Positions 36,635 to 45,776 of a DNA stretch of 64,000 nt are shown here, one piece after another. This stretch comes from SAR86 cluster bacterium. Its GTDB lineage: Bacteria > Pseudomonadota > Gammaproteobacteria > Magnimaribacterales > TMED112. Each line of letters begins with the position of its first letter. Position 1 is the first letter of the stretch. The translations under genes and the position numbers were made by a program. The stretch covers positions 653,451 to 717,450 of the forward strand of contig CP097968.1 in assembly GCA_023703555.1 (NCBI GenBank), read 5' to 3'. Below the pieces are notes generated by a model, which was not told where the DNA came from, searched no databases, and was given only the letters and a program-made list of their open reading frames with translations.

Positions 36635-39517
36635 ATGAATAGTTATAAACTTTTAGAAAAAAAACAAAATTCGTCACTTGGCTTTCAAGCTGAAAGGTAT
36701 GAGCTGGAGGATTATGGATCTCAGCACATTCATTTAAAGAACAAATCCAAAGAGCTTGTCTTTATGGTTATGTTCAGGACAATTCCTGAAAACTCAACTG
36801 GAGTAGCACACATTTTAGAACACACCACACTATGTGGCTCGGAAAATTTTAAAGTTCGTGATCCATTTTTTATGATGTTAAGACGATCTATGAGCACCTT
36901 CATGAACGCTTTTACTGCCAGTGATTGGACAGCCTACCCTTTTGCAACACAAAGCAAAAAAGACTTTTTTAACTTATTAGATGTATATTTGGATGCCGTT
37001 TATTTCCCCTTGCTAAAAGAAGAGGATTTTAAGCAAGAAGGGCATCGTCTTGAATTTGCCAAGCATGATAAATCCAGTTCGCCTTTGGAATTTAAAGGGG
37101 TGGTTTTCAATGAGATGAAGGGATCAATGAGCAATATCTCAAGCGTGACATGGCAAGCATTAACAAATGGCTTATTTCCAGACTTAACTTACAAGCACAA
37201 CAGTGGAGGTGAGCCTGAAGAGATAATAGAGCTAACACACGATTACCTAAAAGGCTTCCACCAAAAGTTTTACCATCCTTCAAATGCCACATATTTCACT
37301 TGGGGAGATGTGGATGCTAAAGAGATACAGGATTTCGTAAATAAAAAACTTAAGCAGAAATTTAAAAAAGTTGAGCAATCAAAGATTGAGATTGTAACCG
37401 CACAAACACCATTTTCAAAACCAGTAAAAAAATCTGAGATTTTCAATCCTGTCTCAGAAGAGCAAATTGGACATCAAAATTATGTAGCTTGGGTCCTTGG
37501 AGAAAGCTGCGATATTAACCAACTTTTAGAGGCTCATTTAGTGTCGTTATTGCTTCTTGGCAATTCAGCATCGCCGCTATATAAAGCGTTAGAATCAAAT
37601 GAACTTGGTAAATCACCTGCCCAGATTTTAGGTTTAGAAGATAGCATGAGGCATTTAATGTTCATTTGTGGAATAGAGGGCACAAAAGAAGGTTCTCAAG
37701 AAGATTTTATGAAGCTTATCGAACAGACATTTATTGACATATCGAAGAATGGTTTTACTAAGGAACAAGTAAATGGAGCTTTATACCAGCTAGAACTTAA
37801 TAGACGAGAAGTGTCTGCTGGTTCTATGCCTTTTGGATTACAAATTCTCCTATCGATGGCTCCTGGAGCACTCTATAATGCAGATCCAATAGCTCTTTCA
37901 GATGTTGATGAAGCCATCAAAACACTGAGAACAAAAGTGGAAGATCCGAAATACCTGACTGGTTTAGTCAAGAAATTCTTCCTTGAAAATACTCACAGAG
38001 TTGATTTAGAGATGGTCCCAGATATGGGCCTCATTAACCGAAGAGAAGATGCATTCAAAAAGACATTGGACAAAATCAAGGCCTCCATGAGCAGCAAAGA
38101 CAAACTTGAATTAGTAAACACATCGAAAAGCCTAGCTGAAAGACAGGAGGAACAACCAAATAAAGACCTATTGCCGAAACTAGAACTGTCTGATGTTCCA
38201 AAGAAAGTTGAATATCCTCAAGCGAAAAAATTAACTACTTTTGGTTACAGTCCTTTGTTTTATGAGCAGCCCACCAATGGTCTTACATACAGCTCAATTT
38301 CTAGGAATGTTGATTTATCAAATGCTGTTGAGGTTGGTGACCTAATGCTCATGAATAGCCTTCTAGGAAAAATTGGTACTAAAAATAATAACTACTTAAA
38401 ATTACAAGAGAAAATTACAAGTGTCTCTGGTGGTATATCGAGTTCTAGCCACTTCTACTACAACAAAGACGGAGAGCTTGACGGAAGAATAATGCTCTCT
38501 TCGAAATATCTCCCTGAAAATGTAAATGAAGTTTCAGAATTAATGTTTGAGATTTTCAATGGCACAATATTTGATGATGAAAAGCGAATAAAAGAACTTA
38601 TGTTTCAAAATTTTATGGGTATACAGCAATCAATAGTTGAAAGTGGTCATCGCTATGCCATGCTTTCGGCATCTTCAACACACAACAAACTTTCACTTGT
38701 GAATGAAATTACTGGCGGTCTTTCCTCTTTGTATAAGTTTGCCCCTTTTGTCTCGAATAATGAACAAGCAACTAAACAAGCCATAGAAAATATCACAAAA
38801 CTTCATGCTAAATTTAAAGATCTTGGAAATGAGTTGACATATATTTCAAATATCAAACTTACCGATGAGCAGATTAAAGGATTGAGAAACTTAGAGTTTG
38901 AAAAAACTGGTGAAAGTACGTTCAAACTTGAGGCACCGGAGGTATTTCCAAAAATTGCTATGCCAATTAACACGCAGGTAAACTTTTCTGCTTTATCTAT
39001 GAATGCTCCAAGATTTTCAGTTGAAGAGTCTCCGAGATTTCTTCTGCTTTCAAGCATTTTAAGAAATGAGTTTCTGCATAGAAGAATTAGAGAGCAAGGT
39101 GGCGCATATGGTGGGGGAGCAACTTATGATGCCTTTGCAGGAACATTCAAATTTTTCTCATATAGAGATCCTAGGTTTATCGAAACTTATGAAGATTTCC
39201 AAGAATCCTTTAAGTGGATTGCGAAAGGTGATTTTAACGAAGAAATAATTCTTGAAGGAAAACTTTCAGTGCTCTCAGATATTGATAAACCAGCATCACC
39301 TGCTTCTGAAGCTTTTAAAGACAATAGATTTAATATTGAAGGCAAAGACCAGAAAACTAGAGCCAAATATAGACAAAAGGTGCTTGAAACTACAAAAGAG
39401 GAAATACTTGAGGCAGCAAACTATTTCTTTGATAAGCCGATGAGTTATTTTTCTATTATAAATCCAAACCTTGAGAAGAAAGCTCAAGAAGAAGGTTTTG
39501 AGATTAGAAAAATTTAA
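36635..39517 (+). CDS. M16C-family metallopeptidase, presequence-protease (PreP)-like
   Basis: 960 aa. It has the inverted zinc motif HILEHTTLCGS (HxxEH). The block FMNAFTASDWTAYPFATQSKKDFFNLLDVYLDAVYFP is near-identical in pattern to PreP/Cym1. Confidence 0.88.
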   Translation: MNSYKLLEKKQNSSLGFQAERYELEDYGSQHIHLKNKSKELVFMVMFRTIPENSTGVAHILEHTTLCGSENFKVRDPFFMMLRRSMSTFMNAFTASDWTAYPFATQSKKDFFNLLDVYLDAVYFPLLKEEDFKQEGHRLEFAKHDKSSSPLEFKGVVFNEMKGSMSNISSVTWQALTNGLFPDLTYKHNSGGEPEEIIELTHDYLKGFHQKFYHPSNATYFTWGDVDAKEIQDFVNKKLKQKFKKVEQSKIEIVTAQTPFSKPVKKSEIFNPVSEEQIGHQNYVAWVLGESCDINQLLEAHLVSLLLLGNSASPLYKALESNELGKSPAQILGLEDSMRHLMFICGIEGTKEGSQEDFMKLIEQTFIDISKNGFTKEQVNGALYQLELNRREVSAGSMPFGLQILLSMAPGALYNADPIALSDVDEAIKTLRTKVEDPKYLTGLVKKFFLENTHRVDLEMVPDMGLINRREDAFKKTLDKIKASMSSKDKLELVNTSKSLAERQEEQPNKDLLPKLELSDVPKKVEYPQAKKLTTFGYSPLFYEQPTNGLTYSSISRNVDLSNAVEVGDLMLMNSLLGKIGTKNNNYLKLQEKITSVSGGISSSSHFYYNKDGELDGRIMLSSKYLPENVNEVSELMFEIFNGTIFDDEKRIKELMFQNFMGIQQSIVESGHRYAMLSASSTHNKLSLVNEITGGLSSLYKFAPFVSNNEQATKQAIENITKLHAKFKDLGNELTYISNIKLTDEQIKGLRNLEFEKTGESTFKLEAPEVFPKIAMPINTQVNFSALSMNAPRFSVEESPRFLLLSSILRNEFLHRRIREQGGAYGGGATYDAFAGTFKFFSYRDPRFIETYEDFQESFKWIAKGDFNEEIILEGKLSVLSDIDKPASPASEAFKDNRFNIEGKDQKTRAKYRQKVLETTKEEILEAANYFFDKPMSYFSIINPNLEKKAQEEGFEIRKI

Positions 39518-40113
39518 TCAAAAGGATTCCACCATCTATTTGGTTTTTCTATTGGGCAATTGGTTAGCTGTCGTTTGTACCTAATAGAATTAAATTTCAC
39601 TTTCCGAGCAACATCAAGCAACCAGTCTTTATTCTTGTAGGTTCGTCTTTTATAACCCCCCCAGCCCTCATGGTAACCAAGATATAGTTTGTCGGCTTCG
39701 TATCTTCTGACACCTGCACCAGGCGCTTTCGACAAATACCAACCAATAAAATCAACAGAATTTGAAAAATTACTGCGTCGAGCCCATCTACTGCCAGTTT
39801 CTTTTTTATATTCTTCCCAAGTAGCCTCAATGGCTTGGGAATAACCCCTAGCAGATGATTTTCTTTTCCATGGGATAAAACCCAAAACCTTCTCTCTATC
39901 TGGTTTAGCATTTGGATTGAAAGATGACTCTTGTCTGATTATTGCCATCACAGTGCCTGGCTCAGCACCCCATTTTTCATAGGTGGTAACAAGAGGCTTT
40001 TCCCATCTGGGATTTTCGTCAAGCATCAAACAAATATCATCTTGGTTGGAAGGAATTTTAGCCTCGCAATTTATGGCTAAAAAAAGTGATAGTAAAAAAA
40101 CCTTTATTTTCAT
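39514..40113 (-). CDS. Lytic transglycosylase (SLT-domain) protein
   Basis: 199 aa with a signal peptide. It has the catalytic-region IIRQESSFNPNAKP and GYSQ. Confidence 0.8.
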   Translation of the reverse strand: MKIKVFLLSLFLAINCEAKIPSNQDDICLMLDENPRWEKPLVTTYEKWGAEPGTVMAIIRQESSFNPNAKPDREKVLGFIPWKRKSSARGYSQAIEATWEEYKKETGSRWARRSNFSNSVDFIGWYLSKAPGAGVRRYEADKLYLGYHEGWGGYKRRTYKNKDWLLDVARKVKFNSIRYKRQLTNCPIEKPNRWWNPFD

Positions 40114-42089
40114 ATCTTTAAAAAATCCTTAAGCTTCTCTTCTGTAATTAATTTTACGCCAAATTCTTGCGCTTTTTTAAGTTTTGACCCTGGATTCTCG
40201 CCTAAAATTAAATAATCTGTCTTTGAACTTATGCTAGCCGATGGCACGCCACCTTTGTTTTTGATTATTTGTTTGAGTTCATCCCGGCTAAATTCTTGAA
40301 ACGACCCTGTGATGACTATTTTTAAATTATCAAGGTGCGCATCTGCAGCAACCTCATAATTCTTAATTTCCAGGACTTCTTGTAATGCTTTAACACCAAC
40401 TGGATCCCGCATAAAGAAATCAACTATATTTTGTGCAACAACGCCACCAATGTTATCCATCTGCATGAGATCTTCATATGTGGCTTTCTTCAATTTATCA
40501 AAAGTTTTAAAAAATCTTGCAAGTGCAGATGCAGTCGTCTCACCTACTTCAGGAATGCCTAAAGAATTAATAAACATTTCTAGAGAAGGCGCTTTTGATG
40601 CTTCTATACTTTCAAAAAGATTGTCGATAGATTTTTCACCAAAGCCCTCCAACGACTTCAATTCAGCCTCATATTTTCTCAGCTTGAACAAGTCAGCTGC
40701 TTCCTTTACATAGCCTAAATTAATAAGGTGTTTATTAATCTTGTAGCCTAAACCCTCAATGTTCATAGCTTTTCGTGAAACAAAGTGTTCAAAAAATCCA
40801 AAAAGTTGTGCCGGACATTTCATTCCATTGTCACATCTCAAAAAAGGGCCTTCAGTTTTCAAGACATTGCCGCATGAAGGGCAATGATTTGGGACATTTA
40901 CATTTTTTTCTGATCCATCTCTTACATCAACATTCACTTTAGTAATTTGGGGAATTACGTCCCCTGCTCGTTTGACTAAAACCGTATCATTTATCTTTAT
41001 ATCAAGCCTGTCTAGCTCGTCCATATTATGCAGAGAGACATTTGAAATATTTGCTCCTGCCAGTAAAACAGGTTCAATTTGTGCAAAAGGAGTGACAACT
41101 CCTGTCCTGCCAACGGAAAATAGAACTTCATTGACTTTGGTATATTTTTCCGAAGAAGGAAACTTCCAAGCAACTGCCCATCGAGGTGCTTTAGAAACGG
41201 CTCCCAATTTCTCTTGATTTGCAAAATCATTGACTTTAACAACTGCTCCATCAATCTCATAATCCAAATCATCTCTTGAGTCCAAAACAGCCTTAACAGC
41301 ATTAGGAATTGAGGATGCCACGCCGAACTGGATTTTGTCATTAACTGGAAGATTATTTTTTTGTAAGAATTCAATAAATTCACTTTGCGACTTACAGGAA
41401 AAATCCTCGGATTGTCCACCTATACCGTAAAAAAATACATCTAAAGGTCTATCTTTAACTATTTTAGGATCAAGGTTTCTCATGGTTCCTGCAGCAGCAT
41501 TCCTGGGGCTTACAAAAGCTTTACCACCTGAATTTTTTATTGTTTGATTCAACTTTTGGAAATCATTGAGCCTAAAGAAAATTTCCCCTCTTATCTCTAA
41601 AAGTTTAGGTGGATTATGTTTAAGAGTAGTAGGAATTTTTTTTATTGTCAGAACATTTTCCGTTACCACTTCTCCTGTTTGTCCATCTCCTCTTGTAACT
41701 GCTTTGTTTAACACTCCATCTTCATATGAAATGGAAATACCAAGTCCATCAAATTTTGGTTCAACAGAATATTCAGTTAAGGAATGACCAGTCCACTTAG
41801 TAACACGTTCATCAAACTTTAAAAATTCCTCTTCGTTAAAAACATTATTGAGAGAGAGCATGGGTTTTAAATGGCTATGCTTTTCAAATGCTCGCTTTGG
41901 TTTGCTTCCAACTTTCGCAGTTGGAGATGTTGTATCTATATTGCCTTTATGCTTTTCAAGCAGCTGAAGTCTTTGGTAAAGAGCATCATACTCTTCGTCT
42001 GAGATTTCTGGAGCATCGTCTTGATGGTAGAGCTTATTATGCTTTTCTACTAAGAGCCTTAAATTTTTTATTTCATCATTAACTGACAT
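40110..42089 (-). CDS. ligA: NAD-dependent DNA ligase
   Basis: 659 aa. It has the adenylation Lys motif (VEPKFDG), an OB fold, a Zn finger (CPSCG...C...C), HhH repeats and a C-terminal BRCT domain. Confidence 0.96.
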   Translation of the reverse strand: MSVNDEIKNLRLLVEKHNKLYHQDDAPEISDEEYDALYQRLQLLEKHKGNIDTTSPTAKVGSKPKRAFEKHSHLKPMLSLNNVFNEEEFLKFDERVTKWTGHSLTEYSVEPKFDGLGISISYEDGVLNKAVTRGDGQTGEVVTENVLTIKKIPTTLKHNPPKLLEIRGEIFFRLNDFQKLNQTIKNSGGKAFVSPRNAAAGTMRNLDPKIVKDRPLDVFFYGIGGQSEDFSCKSQSEFIEFLQKNNLPVNDKIQFGVASSIPNAVKAVLDSRDDLDYEIDGAVVKVNDFANQEKLGAVSKAPRWAVAWKFPSSEKYTKVNEVLFSVGRTGVVTPFAQIEPVLLAGANISNVSLHNMDELDRLDIKINDTVLVKRAGDVIPQITKVNVDVRDGSEKNVNVPNHCPSCGNVLKTEGPFLRCDNGMKCPAQLFGFFEHFVSRKAMNIEGLGYKINKHLINLGYVKEAADLFKLRKYEAELKSLEGFGEKSIDNLFESIEASKAPSLEMFINSLGIPEVGETTASALARFFKTFDKLKKATYEDLMQMDNIGGVVAQNIVDFFMRDPVGVKALQEVLEIKNYEVAADAHLDNLKIVITGSFQEFSRDELKQIIKNKGGVPSASISSKTDYLILGENPGSKLKKAQEFGVKLITEEKLKDFLKI

Positions 42090-42708
42090 AAGAGTTCATT
42101 TTGATGTCAATTTCAGTTGCTTGATCTTGATAATTTTTAATTGTTTGATCCGAAATTGAATTGAATTGATCATCTAGTAACTTCATATCGAAACTAGTGC
42201 TTAAATTTCTTGCTAAATTTAACATTTGTTCAAATGTTTTTAAAACATTTTTTTGTCCTTTTAAATGAAGAACTATAGTGACAAGTGATATTTCCTTTTC
42301 CTCAGAAAATATCCCTGGTTCCTCTCCATTTATAACCAAAAATCCTCCAAAGCTGCTGCCAACATTCTGTTCAAAAAAACCATCATGGTACTTTAACCCG
42401 CTCGCCGTGATTTTTGTTTTAAGCAGTTGCAGGCGTGGTTTTTCATCAATTTTTGATGCGAGATGAATTGAAATATATCTATTTTCGTTAGGATCATTCA
42501 AAGCAAATTCTCCTTGTTTTGGTGCTCTGACAGCATTCACAATCTCTTCACTAAGATGTTCACTAGAATTCTTTGATGTTTCCTTTAAGTCGTTTGAAAT
42601 TTTTATTTTATTTTTTGGGAAGTAAATTTTTTTAATTCTCACGCCAATCAAAACGAGAAACGCTAAAGCTAAAACTGCATAAAGAATGTAAAGATATAGA
42701 GGGTTCAA
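42079..42708 (-). CDS. zipA: Cell division protein ZipA (short form)
   Basis: 209 aa with an N-terminal TM anchor and a C-terminal ZipA-type FtsZ-binding domain. It occupies the conserved position between smc and ligA. The long P/Q-rich linker of E. coli ZipA is absent. Confidence 0.75.
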   Translation of the reverse strand: MNPLYLYILYAVLALAFLVLIGVRIKKIYFPKNKIKISNDLKETSKNSSEHLSEEIVNAVRAPKQGEFALNDPNENRYISIHLASKIDEKPRLQLLKTKITASGLKYHDGFFEQNVGSSFGGFLVINGEEPGIFSEEKEISLVTIVLHLKGQKNVLKTFEQMLNLARNLSTSFDMKLLDDQFNSISDQTIKNYQDQATEIDIKMNSYVS

Positions 42709-44903
42709 GATTGAGCTAACTCCATTGCTTGCTCCACGTCAACTGAAACAACTTTTGAAACTCCAAGGTCACGCATTGTAACTCCAAGCAAATGGGAGCT
42801 CTTTTCCATCGAAATCTTATTATGAGTTACAAAGATAAACTGCACTTTATTAGACATCTCGAGCACTAAGTTAATAAAACGTTGAGTATTCTCATCGTCT
42901 AAAGGAGCATCCACCTCGTCTAGTAAACAAAATGGAGCTGGGTTAATAGAGAATAGAGAAAACACAAGTGCTAGAGCAGTAAGTGCTTTTTCACCACCTG
43001 AGAGCTGGGATAATTTTGTATTTTTCTTTCCTGGCAGGCGAGCCATTAGTATCAGTCCTGATTCATCTGAATCATCAAGTTTCTTAAGTACTGAAAATCC
43101 TCCGCCAAATAATTTAGGAAACATTTCTTCTAGATATTTATTGACTGCAACTAAACAATCATTGAAGGATTTATTTGATTCTGAATCTATCTTTTTAATT
43201 GCTTCATCTAATTTAGTAAGCGATGTTTCTAGCTCTTCAATCTGCTCAGAAAGAACTTCTTTTCTCTTTTTCTCTGCATCTAGTGTTTCAGGCGCAGCAA
43301 AATTGATTGGCCCCAAACCCATTATTCTTTTTTGGATCTTCTCTAAAGCCTCAACCACCTCATTTCTATTTTTTTCAATATCCTTAGTATCTTTAAAAGT
43401 ACTTAATCTATTTTCTTTCTCTCTAATTTCTATTTCTAAGCTTCTTTTGTTTAGTTCTTTTTCATTACGCTCTGAAACTATTGATTCTCTTTGGGTTTCT
43501 AGCTTTGAAATTTCTGCTTCAAAATTTCTTAACTCTTCGTTTGCTTTATCTTGTGTAGATCGGAGCTCCATAACAATAAGTTCTAGATCTTTTCGTTTTT
43601 TTACAAGCACAGAAAGCCCACTCTCCTCTGATGTTTGCTCAGTTTTTATAATTTGTTTTTCCTCATTAATTGCACTCAATCTGTCTGAGAATTGTTTTTC
43701 AAAATTTACTATAGTTTGCTTCTCAACAGCAGGCTCACCTTGGGCCAAATCATAACCTCGCACGAATGCAGCACATAATTCTTTATGAACATTTAAAGTT
43801 TCTTTTTCCGAGAGACTTAAACCCAATCTAGAAATAGCACTAGTTGCAAATTTATTTGCCTCCTCAGTCAGACTATCTGATTCATGTCCTTCTGTACTTT
43901 TTGGATTTCTTAATTCAGATAAACTTGTTTCAACATCATTTTTTTCTTGATCAAGCCTTTCAAGCCTCTGGTTATAGGATTTTGCTTTTTCTTCAATCAT
44001 TGATATTTTTGCACCTGTCTCAAAGAAGCCTCTTTGTTGATCTTCTAGAGATTTTAATCCTTCCAAAAGCTTAACTTTTGCTACATCTCTTTTTGAAATT
44101 ACTGCCAATTTATCGCCTTCAAGTTTTTCTATTTCAGAGCTTATATCTTTATTTTCTTTCTCAGATAATTTTTTTCTTTGCAATAATTCGTCAAGCTCAG
44201 AGCGAATAATATACTTTTGATATTGTTGTTCCTCGTCTCTGAGTTTCTTATATTTAGTGGCAAGATTTGCTTCAGCATTAAGACGACGAATTGATCTTTT
44301 TACTTCATCCTCAAGATCTCTGAGCCTTGAAATATTTTCTGCTGTTCTTCTCATTCTTGATTCAGTTTCTCTTTTTCTTTCCTTATATTTTGTTATGCCC
44401 GCTGCTTCCTCAACATAACTCCTCAACTCTTCGGGTTTGGCTCCGACCATGCTAGAAATAATTCCCTGTTCAATTATTGCGTAACTATTTGAGCCTAATC
44501 CTGTACCCAAAAATAAATCCTGGACGTCTCGTCTTCTTGCTGAAGCATTGTTTATAAAATAATTGGACTGGCCATCACGACCCATTTCTCTTTTTACACT
44601 TACTTCATCGAATTTAAGATATTCACCACCAAGAAAGTTTTCTGAGTTATCGAAGCTTAATTCTACTGAACAATGACTTACCGGTTTTCTATTGTCTGAG
44701 CCGTTAAATATTACATCTTGCAAACTTTCACTTCTCAAACTTTTCGGTGAAAGTTCCCCCTTTACCCATTTCACAGCATCGATAATATTTGATTTTCCAC
44801 ATCCATTAGGACCCACAATGCCGCACATAATCCCTGGGAAATCAACTTGAATTGGATCAACGAAACTTTTAAATCCTGCGAGTTTTAAGCTTTTAAGTCT
44901 CAT
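42705..44903 (-). CDS. smc: Chromosome partition protein Smc, unusually short (732 aa)
   Basis: The N-head has FKSF and the Walker A GPNGCGKSN. The C-head has the signature LSGGEKAL, the Walker B LLDEVDAPLD and FIFVTHN. The two E/K-rich arms are only about 160 and about 125 aa. Conserved smc-zipA-ligA synteny. Confidence 0.85.
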   Translation of the reverse strand: MRLKSLKLAGFKSFVDPIQVDFPGIMCGIVGPNGCGKSNIIDAVKWVKGELSPKSLRSESLQDVIFNGSDNRKPVSHCSVELSFDNSENFLGGEYLKFDEVSVKREMGRDGQSNYFINNASARRRDVQDLFLGTGLGSNSYAIIEQGIISSMVGAKPEELRSYVEEAAGITKYKERKRETESRMRRTAENISRLRDLEDEVKRSIRRLNAEANLATKYKKLRDEEQQYQKYIIRSELDELLQRKKLSEKENKDISSEIEKLEGDKLAVISKRDVAKVKLLEGLKSLEDQQRGFFETGAKISMIEEKAKSYNQRLERLDQEKNDVETSLSELRNPKSTEGHESDSLTEEANKFATSAISRLGLSLSEKETLNVHKELCAAFVRGYDLAQGEPAVEKQTIVNFEKQFSDRLSAINEEKQIIKTEQTSEESGLSVLVKKRKDLELIVMELRSTQDKANEELRNFEAEISKLETQRESIVSERNEKELNKRSLEIEIREKENRLSTFKDTKDIEKNRNEVVEALEKIQKRIMGLGPINFAAPETLDAEKKRKEVLSEQIEELETSLTKLDEAIKKIDSESNKSFNDCLVAVNKYLEEMFPKLFGGGFSVLKKLDDSDESGLILMARLPGKKNTKLSQLSGGEKALTALALVFSLFSINPAPFCLLDEVDAPLDDENTQRFINLVLEMSNKVQFIFVTHNKISMEKSSHLLGVTMRDLGVSKVVSVDVEQAMELAQS

Positions 44904-45277
44904 TTGGGTTTTTTTATAGTATAAATTGTTACAAATAATATGGATATAACTAATATTGCTAGAGGCAATAAATAAAGCACAAGATTATCTTTTGGTTTAG
45001 TCTGCAAATTTATGTAATTTCCATAGCGATCTTCCATAATTTCAAAAATGTCATCGTCTTGATATCCCTCAATGATTAGTTGTGCTATTTCTTCCTTTAG
45101 ATCTCTTGAAATTTGTGCGTTTGAGCTATTTATATTGCCATATGAACACTTCGGGCATCTTATGTTTTCAGATATATGCTCCAATCTCTCAAGCTGTTTA
45201 TCTGATAGCCCCTCATATAGCTGTGAGGTTTGGCATATGAGTGTGAGAAGCAAAATAAGACTAAAAAAATACTTCAA
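44900..45277 (-). CDS. ccmH: Cytochrome c-type biogenesis protein CcmH (NrfF/CycL family)
   Basis: 125 aa. IRCPKC...SNA......I......G..D..I......RYG and a C-terminal TM segment parallel the E. coli CcmH N-domain. Confidence 0.85.
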   Translation of the reverse strand: MKYFFSLILLLTLICQTSQLYEGLSDKQLERLEHISENIRCPKCSYGNINSSNAQISRDLKEEIAQLIIEGYQDDDIFEIMEDRYGNYINLQTKPKDNLVLYLLPLAILVISILFVTIYTIKKPK

Positions 45278-45776
45278 AATCCTGTTCCCAAATTACTCGA
45301 TTTACCTCACCAATTCTATGCTCAACAATTACTCCATCGATAATTAGAAATGTCTCAGGTGCGCCCGTGACACCAAGCTTAAGTGCAAACGAACCGGTAT
45401 TGTCAAAAATAGAATACATGAATGGATCACCATTTCTTTCGAGATAGTTATTTGCTTTGCTTATTGTATCTTTGTAATTAATGCCTACGAGCTTAAGATC
45501 TGGATATTCTTGAGATATTTTCTCTAAAAATGGATGCTCAACAAGACAAGTTATACACCAGCTGGCCCAAATATTTACAAGGATTTTTCCTTCAGTGAAT
45601 TCTAATGGATTTACTAGCTCTCCATTTAATTGTCGAAGATTTGTAGTATCTGGAAAAGTTTTTCCATCCTGTGTTTTGATTGAAGCTGTTTTAGGAGTAT
45701 TCAAAACAACAATCATTGATACAATCAATAGAAAAAAAATTACCAAAAAAATTATTTTAAAAAGCCTTCCGATCAT
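45261..45776 (-). CDS. ccmG: Thiol:disulfide oxidoreductase CcmG/DsbE
   Basis: 171 aa with an N-terminal anchor, WASWCITC (CxxC) and GVTGAPETFLIDG. Confidence 0.9.
   Translation of the reverse strand: MIGRLFKIIFLVIFFLLIVSMIVVLNTPKTASIKTQDGKTFPDTTNLRQLNGELVNPLEFTEGKILVNIWASWCITCLVEHPFLEKISQEYPDLKLVGINYKDTISKANNYLERNGDPFMYSIFDNTGSFALKLGVTGAPETFLIIDGVIVEHRIGEVNRVIWEQDFEVFF

Noticed and set aside
39597-41419. Alternative-frame ORFs of 104 aa (39597-39911) and 135 aa (41012-41419) on the minus strand
   Set aside because: They are embedded out of frame in the SLT transglycosylase and ligA genes. Neither has motifs or independent initiation signals.
43141-43755. 204-aa plus-strand ORF (S/F/L-rich) inside smc
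   Set aside because: It is antisense to the E/K/L-rich coiled-coil coding region. Low-complexity Ser/Phe/Leu composition is the expected mirror image of GAA/AAA/AAG-rich codons. It has no SD and no recognisable domain.
42705-44903. Short SMC-like ATPase as part of a Wadjet/Lamassu-type defence system
   Set aside because: It sits in the conserved housekeeping smc-zipA-ligA position and is coupled to ccmH and zipA. No JetA/B/D-like, nuclease or kleisin-like partner genes are adjacent.
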